Below, in pieces: positions 56,548 through 56,880 of a DNA stretch of 56,880 nucleotides. This DNA is from Candidatus Limnocylindrales bacterium (lineage in GTDB: Bacteria; Chloroflexota; Limnocylindria; Limnocylindrales; CSP1-4). The stretch is from NCBI GenBank assembly GCA_044449785.1, contig JBIOII010000004.1, positions 1-56,880 of the forward strand, given 5' to 3'. The notes beneath the pieces were generated by a model that worked only from the letters and a program-made list of their open reading frames with translations, was not told the origin of the DNA and searched no databases. The position numbers and the translations under genes are program-made. Every line of letters begins with the position of its first letter. The first letter of the stretch is position 1.

Positions 56548-56880
56548 GATCGCCGGCCCGACGAGGACCGCAGGCGACATCGAAGGCATCGGCCGTCCGG
56601 CCGGCCGTCACGGAACTCGATCGCCGGCCCGACGAGCCGAGGCCGAGGCGGAGCCGAGGACCGAAGCGAGCACACCCCGAGGTGCGTGAGCGAGGACCGC
56701 AGGCGACAACGAAGGAATGGGCCGTCCGGCCGGACGCCACGGAACTCGATCGCCGGCCCGACGAGCCGAGGCCGAGGCGGCGCCGAGGACCGAAGCGAGC
56801 ACACCCCGAGGTGCGTGAGCGAGGACCGCAGGCGACAACGAAGGAATGGGCCGTCCGGCCGGACGCCACGGAACTCGATC
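56548..56880. repeat. 129-bp tandem repeat (REP/MITE-like), at least 2.5 copies, runs off the window
   Basis: CGAGGACCGCAGGCGAC at 56562, 56691 and 56820; contains palindrome CGTCCGGCCGGACG and hairpin GCAC-N8-GTGC. Confidence 0.92.

Noticed and set aside
56548-56880. CRISPR array or 43-aa repeat protein
   Set aside because: Whole units repeat without unique spacers, no cas genes are present, and the translations are not protein-like

Overview
High-GC bacterial chromosomal window of mostly housekeeping and accessory metabolic genes. Gene repertoire suggests Chloroflexota/Limnocylindria or an actinobacteria-like lineage; this is inference only. Content: DHA2 MFS transporter; a promoter-bearing 5' half of tRNA-Gly(TCC) cut just after the anticodon loop; an MprF-like aminoacyl-lipid synthase/esterase pair; dCMP deaminase; nadB-nadC-nadA; a glycogen cluster (glgA, glgP, two GH57, one large GH13); tmk; Kelch and DUF885 proteins; a YitJ-type Hcy methyltransferase/MTHFR; two paralogous membrane-anchored LysM proteins; a flavinylation-type reductase pair; sodN-sodX; an F420 LLM oxidoreductase; a GNAT-Rieske fusion; LOG; MarR-ABC; an archaeal-type ACT/DUF5612 protein; xth; a beta-CASP nuclease; and a pyr operon (pyrR-B-C-hyp-hyp-K-D-E). 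Three single-base frameshifts (nadA, GNAT-Rieske, pyrB) look like assembly indels. No CRISPR array, rRNA, integrase or intact transposase was seen. Best leads: two unknown genes inside the pyr operon, a PyrR hairpin over the SD of a 7-codon uORF coupled to pyrR, a 129-bp REP/MITE-like repeat with a dispersed copy, the truncated tRNA, and a juxtamembrane motif shared by the two LysM proteins. All family assignments come from recalled motifs, not database searches.
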